Source: the human T2T-CHM13v2.0 reference genome, Homo sapiens. From it: a stretch of DNA of 64,000 nt. Location: assembly GCF_009914755.1 (NCBI RefSeq), contig NC_060948.1. One strand, written 5' to 3'. Position 1 is the stretch's first letter. Every line of letters begins with the position of its first letter. A model generated the notes under the pieces. It was not told the DNA's origin. It did not search any database and saw only the letters and a program-made list of their open reading frames with translations. Positions 57,334 to 64,000 of the stretch are shown here, in pieces. The translations under genes and the position numbers were made by a program.

Positions 57334-59461
57334 AGATCCATATTTTTTAAATGAAAAAAAATTTCAAAGGTACTCTGCTTGGTACAATAATCAAATGTAT
57401 AAACTGAGGAATAAAACATAACCATGAAACCTACTTATAACTGCATATGGAAAATACAGAGGATAATTTTTTAAATAACATATTTTGAAAGCCTTAACTA
57501 GTAATTTGAAGAGTTGGCATTTGAAAGGCCAGTATGAATATACCTTCAAAGCAGCAACACAGGTTCCCCATGAGAAAAAGCAAACTCAGGGAAAATAAAA
57601 CCATAAAGGTTCAATCTCTTCTGACCTTTGAAAGACACAGCACAGACAGTGGTCCTTAGGACGAAGAGCAGGAGACCCCTAATTCCGTCACCATGGCGAT
57701 AGGGCATAAACATTGCTGGGTGAGGGCACAATCCACATTGTGAGGTCCAACTGCTGCCAGGAAGACAGGAGTGCTTTTACATAGACCGAAAGGTCATTGA
57801 AGGCTCAGAGTTTTGTTTCAAGAACTGAATCCCAAGCCCACACGTTATTAGGCTGCGCTTCTTAAAACAAGTTATGAGATGGGAAAAAGGGCACCCACAA
57901 ACATACGTATACATTATGTATATAATAATATACAGTATCATATATATAATATATATAACCTATGTATAATATTGTTTTACATCCTGCATCTTATATTATA
58001 TATATTGTATAAAATATAATAATTGATAATATATAAGTTTTATATTTATACAATATGACATATAGTACATATTATAATTTATGACATATATAATGTATGT
58101 TATATATCATATATAGAATATATTATACGCTTAATATACGTATTACATATAAATTATACATTATATATATTATATATAATATATCTGTTATATATAATAC
58201 CCATTATGCATAATATATATATTATGTCTATGTTATATATAGTATAAAACAACATATCATAATATATACTTGTATATATAAAATGCGACATATAATATAT
58301 ATTATATTTTATGACATATGTAATATATATTATATATTATATATAATACATTGTATGTATAATACCTATATTAAATATATATTATATGACTATGTTATTA
58401 ATTACATGTCACATAAGTTATATATTATATATTTTACATAGAATGTACCGGTTACATACAATATATACTATGTTACCTATAATGTATAATTTATTACATG
58501 TAAAATAAAGAATGCAATATATTATGTATAATTTATAATATACAATATGTGGAATGTGATATATATAACATATAATATATGTTATATGATATACAGTATA
58601 TGATATATAACATACAATATATGATACCTAACATATATGGTATACAATATATATTTTATGATATGTATTCCCTATGTTTTATATTCTGTTATATATAACT
58701 ATTTGAAATTATATATAACTGTATAATATTTTATGTAAATATGTAATATAATATATATAACTATATAATATATTATATATAACTATATATTATGTTATAT
58801 ATACTTTTATAACATAATTTACATAAAATATCATAATATAATATATATTATATTATTTCATATTACGTAATATATATTACATATCACCCAATATAAGTAA
58901 CATACATAATATTATAATATAGATTATATTATGTTATATTAAATCTCATATATATCATGTATCATATATTCTATAATATATATTATACATTATATAATAT
59001 GTATGTTGTCTATTATATGATATATATAACTATATATATAATTATATTATTATACATATAACTAGATAAACATGTAATTCTACATATTTTCATTTATAAT
59101 ATGTAGAATTATATAATCATATATAATTATTTATATTCTATAAAAAGTTATATCATTATATAAATTATAATATATAAAAATTATAATATGTACTACAAAT
59201 ATATATGTTATATATCATATATGATATAGTACCTTTTTTATATATCATAATACATATAAATGTGTTTTATGTTATCTATAATTATATAATTTCATATATA
59301 AGATGTATAATATGTATTATATATTATATATGTTATGTAATATATATAGTATATATAAGATGACAGAGGATAAATATTATATACTATGACATATAAAATA
59401 TATGAGGTTATATGTTACACATAAGGCATAGCACATAACATGTAATATATATCATCTATAA

Positions 59462-59753
<292 letters not shown>

Positions 59754-61878
59754 AGATCCATATTTTTTAAATGAAAAAAAATTTCAAAGGTACTCTGCTT
59801 GGTACAATAATCAAATGTATAAACTGAGGAATAAAACATAACCATGAAACCTACTTATAACTGCATATGGAAAATACAGAGGATAATTTTTTAAATAACA
59901 TATTTTGAAAGCCTTAACTAGTAATTTGAAGAGTTGGCATTTGAAAGGCCAGTATGAATATACCTTCAAAGCAGCAACACAGGTTCCCCATGAGAAAAAG
60001 CAAACACAGGGAAAATAAAACCACAAAGGTTCAATCTCTTCTGACCTTTGAAAGACACAGCACAGACAGTGGTCCTTAGGACGAAGAGCAGGAGACCCCT
60101 AATTCCGTCACCATGGCGATAGGGCATAAACATTGCTGGGTGAGGGCACAATCCACATTGTGAGGTCCAACTGCTGCCAGGAAGACAGGAGTGCTTTTAC
60201 ATAGACCGAAAGGTCATTGAAGGCTCAGAGTTTTGTTTCAAGAACTGAATCCCAAGCCCACACGTTATTAGGCTGCGCTTCTTAAAACAAGTTATGAGAT
60301 GGGAAAAAGGGCACCCACAAACATACGTATACATTATGTATATAATAATATACAGTATCATATATATAATATATATAACCTATGTATAATATTGTTTTAC
60401 ATCCTGCATCTTATATTATATATATTGTATAAAATATAATAATTGATAATATATAAGTTTTATATTTATACAATATGACATATAGTATATATTATAATTT
60501 ATGACATATATAATGTATGTTATATATCATATATAGAATATCTTATACGCTTAATATACGTATTAAATATAAATTATACATTATGTATATTATATATAAT
60601 ATATCTGCTATATAGAATACCCATTATGCATAATATATATATTATGTCTATGTTATATATAGTATAAAACAACATATAATAATATATAATTGTATATATG
60701 AAATGCGGCATATAATATATATTATATTTTATGACATGTAATATATATTATATATTATATATAATACGTTGTATGTATAATACCTATATTAAATATATAT
60801 TATATGACTATGTTATTAATTACATGACACATATGTTATATATTATATATTTTACATAGAATGTACCGGTTACATACAATATATACTATGTTACCTATAA
60901 TGTATAATTTATTACATGTAAAATAAAGAATGCAATATATTATGTATAATTTATAATATACAATATGTGGAATGTGATATATATAACATATAATATATGA
61001 TATATGATATACAGTATATGATATATAACATACAATATATGATACCTAACATATATGGTATACAATATATATTTTATGATATGTATTCCCTATGTTTCAT
61101 ATTCTGTTATATATAACTATTTGAAATTATATATAACTGTATAATATTTATGTAAATATGTAATATAATATATACAACTATATAATATATTATATATAAC
61201 TATATATTATGTTATATATACTTTTATAACATAATTTACATAAAATATCATAATATAGTATATATTATATTATTTCATATTACATAATATATATTACATA
61301 TCACCCAATATAAGTAACATATATAATATTATAATATAGATTATATTATGTTATATTAAATGTCATATATATCATGTACCATATATTCTATAATATATAT
61401 TATACATTATATAATATGTATGTTGTCTATTATATGATATATATAACTATATATATAAATATATTATTATACATATAACTAGATAAACATGTAATTCTAC
61501 ATATTTTCATTTATAATATAGAGAATTATATAATCATATATAATTATTTATATTCTATAAAAAATTATATCATTATATATATTATAATATATAAAAATTA
61601 TAATATGTACTACAAATATATATATTATATATCATATATGATATAGTACCTTTGTTATATATCATAATACATATAAATGTGTATTATGTTATCTATAATT
61701 ATATAATTTCATATATAAGATGTATAATATGTATTATATATTATATATGTTATGTAATATATATAGTATATATAAGATGACACAGGATAAATATTATATA
61801 CTATGACATATAAAATATATGAGGTTATAAGTTACATATAAGGCATAGCACATAACATGTAATATATATCATCTATAA

Positions 61879-62170
61879 TTTTTTTTTAGACAGAGTCTTG
61901 TCCTGTTGCACAGGGTGGAGTACAATGGCGCCATCTTTGCTCACTGAAACATCTGCCTCACGGGTCCAAGCGATTGTCCTCCCTCAGCCTCCCAGGTAGC
62001 TGGGACTACACCACACTGGGACTACACCAGCTGCCACCACGCCTAGCTAATTTTTTGGATTTTTAGTAGTGACAGCCTTTCACTGTATTGGCCAGGATGG
62101 TCTTGATCTCTTCACCTTGTGATCCCCTTGCCTTGGCCTCCAAATTTGCTGGGATTACAGGCCTGAGCCA
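61879..62170 (-). mobile_element. Alu remnant, unit 26
   Basis: Same Alu motifs; variants as in units 17 and 19. Confidence 0.95.
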
Positions 62171-64000
62171 AGATCCATATTTTTTAAATGAAAAAAAATT
62201 TCAAAGGTACTCTGCTTGGTACAATAATCAAATGTATAAACTGAGGAATAAAACATAACCATGAAACCTACTTATAACTGCATATGGAAAATACAGAGGA
62301 TAATTTTTTAAATAACATATTTTGAAAGCCTTAACTAGTAATTTGAAGAGTTGGCATTTGAAAGGCCAGTATGAATATACCTTCAAAGCAGCAACACAGG
62401 TTCCCCATGAGAAAAAGCAAACTCAGGGAAAATAAAACCATAAAGGTTCAATCTCTTCTGACCTTTGAAAGACACAGCACAGACAGTGGTCCTTAGGACG
62501 AAGAGCAGGAGACCCCTAATTCCGTCACCATGGCGATAGGGCATAAACATTGCTGGGTGAGGGCACAATCCACATTGTGAGGTCCAACTGCTGCCAGGAA
62601 GACAGGAGTGCTTTTACATAGACCGAAAGGTCATTGAAGGCTCAGAGTTTTGTTTCAAGAACTGAATCCCAAGCCCACACGTTATTAGGCTGCGCTTCTT
62701 AAAACAAGTTATGAGATGGGAAAAAGGGCACCCACAAACATACGTATACATTATGTATATAATAATATACAGTATCATATATATAATATATATAACCTAT
62801 GTATAATATTGTTTTACATCCTGCATCTTATATTATATATATTGTATAAAATATAATAATTGATAATATATAAGTTTTATATTTATACAATATGACATAT
62901 AGTACATATTATAATTTATGACATATATAATGTATGTTATATATCATATATAGAATATATTATACGCTTAATATACGTATTACATATAAATTATACATTA
63001 TATATATTATATATAATATATCTGTTATATATAATACCCATTATGCATAATATATATATTATGTCTATGTTATATATAGTATAAAACAACATATCATAAT
63101 ATATACTTGTATATATAAAATGCGACATATAATATATATTATATTTTATGACATATGTAATATATATTATATATTATATATAATACATTGTATGTATAAT
63201 ACCTATATTAAATATATATTATATGACTATGTTATTAATTACATGTCACATAAGTTATATATTATATATTTTACATAGAATGTACCGGTTACATACAATA
63301 TATACTATGTTACCTATAATGTATAATTTATTACATGTAAAATAAAGAATGCAATATATTATGTATAATTTATAATATACAATATGTGGAATGTGATATA
63401 TATAACATATAATATATGTTATATGATATACAGTATATGATATATAACATACAATATATGATACCTAACATATATGGTATACAATATATATTTTATGATA
63501 TGTATTCCCTATGTTTTATATTCTGTTATATATAACTATTTGAAATTATATATAACTGTATAATATTTTATGTAAATATGTAATATAATATATATAACTA
63601 TATAATATATTATATATAACTATATATTATGTTATATATACTTTTATAACATAATTTACATAAAATATCATAATATAATATATATTATATTATTTCATAT
63701 TACGTAATATATATTACATATCACCCAATATAAGTAACATACATAATATTATAATATAGATTATATTATGTTATATTAAATCTCATATATATCATGTATC
63801 ATATATTCTATAATATATATTATACATTATATAATATGTATGTTGTCTATTATATGATATATATAACTATATATATAATTATATTATTATACATATAACT
63901 AGATAAACATGTAATTCTACATATTTTCATTTATAATATGTAGAATTATATAATCATATATAATTATTTATATTCTATAAAAAGTTATATCATTATATAA

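Overview
The whole window is one uninterrupted, single-orientation tandem array of a ~2.42 kb composite satellite unit, with 26 Alu/HSATI cassettes and partial AT-rich segments at both ends. Each unit has ~1.55 kb of degenerate (TA)-rich DNA, a ~292 bp minus-strand, 5'-truncated, CpG-decayed Alu with an internal 16 bp duplication, and a ~570 bp HSATI-type segment. This architecture, and the ~2.15 kb HaeIII fragment it predicts, match the human DYZ2/HSat1B satellite of Yq12 heterochromatin (recognised from memory, not by database search). I find no credible protein-coding gene, RNA gene or novel gene system; the recurring short ORFs are by-products of the repeat. The informative structure lies in unit-specific variants: a 12.23 kb five-unit tandem duplication with its crossover inside an Alu, a 143 bp intra-unit duplication, a near-perfect 7,253 bp three-unit duplication built from chimeric units, two-unit duplications, and probable gene-conversion patches. 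Units are numbered 1-26 by Alu order, and all comparisons were done by eye.
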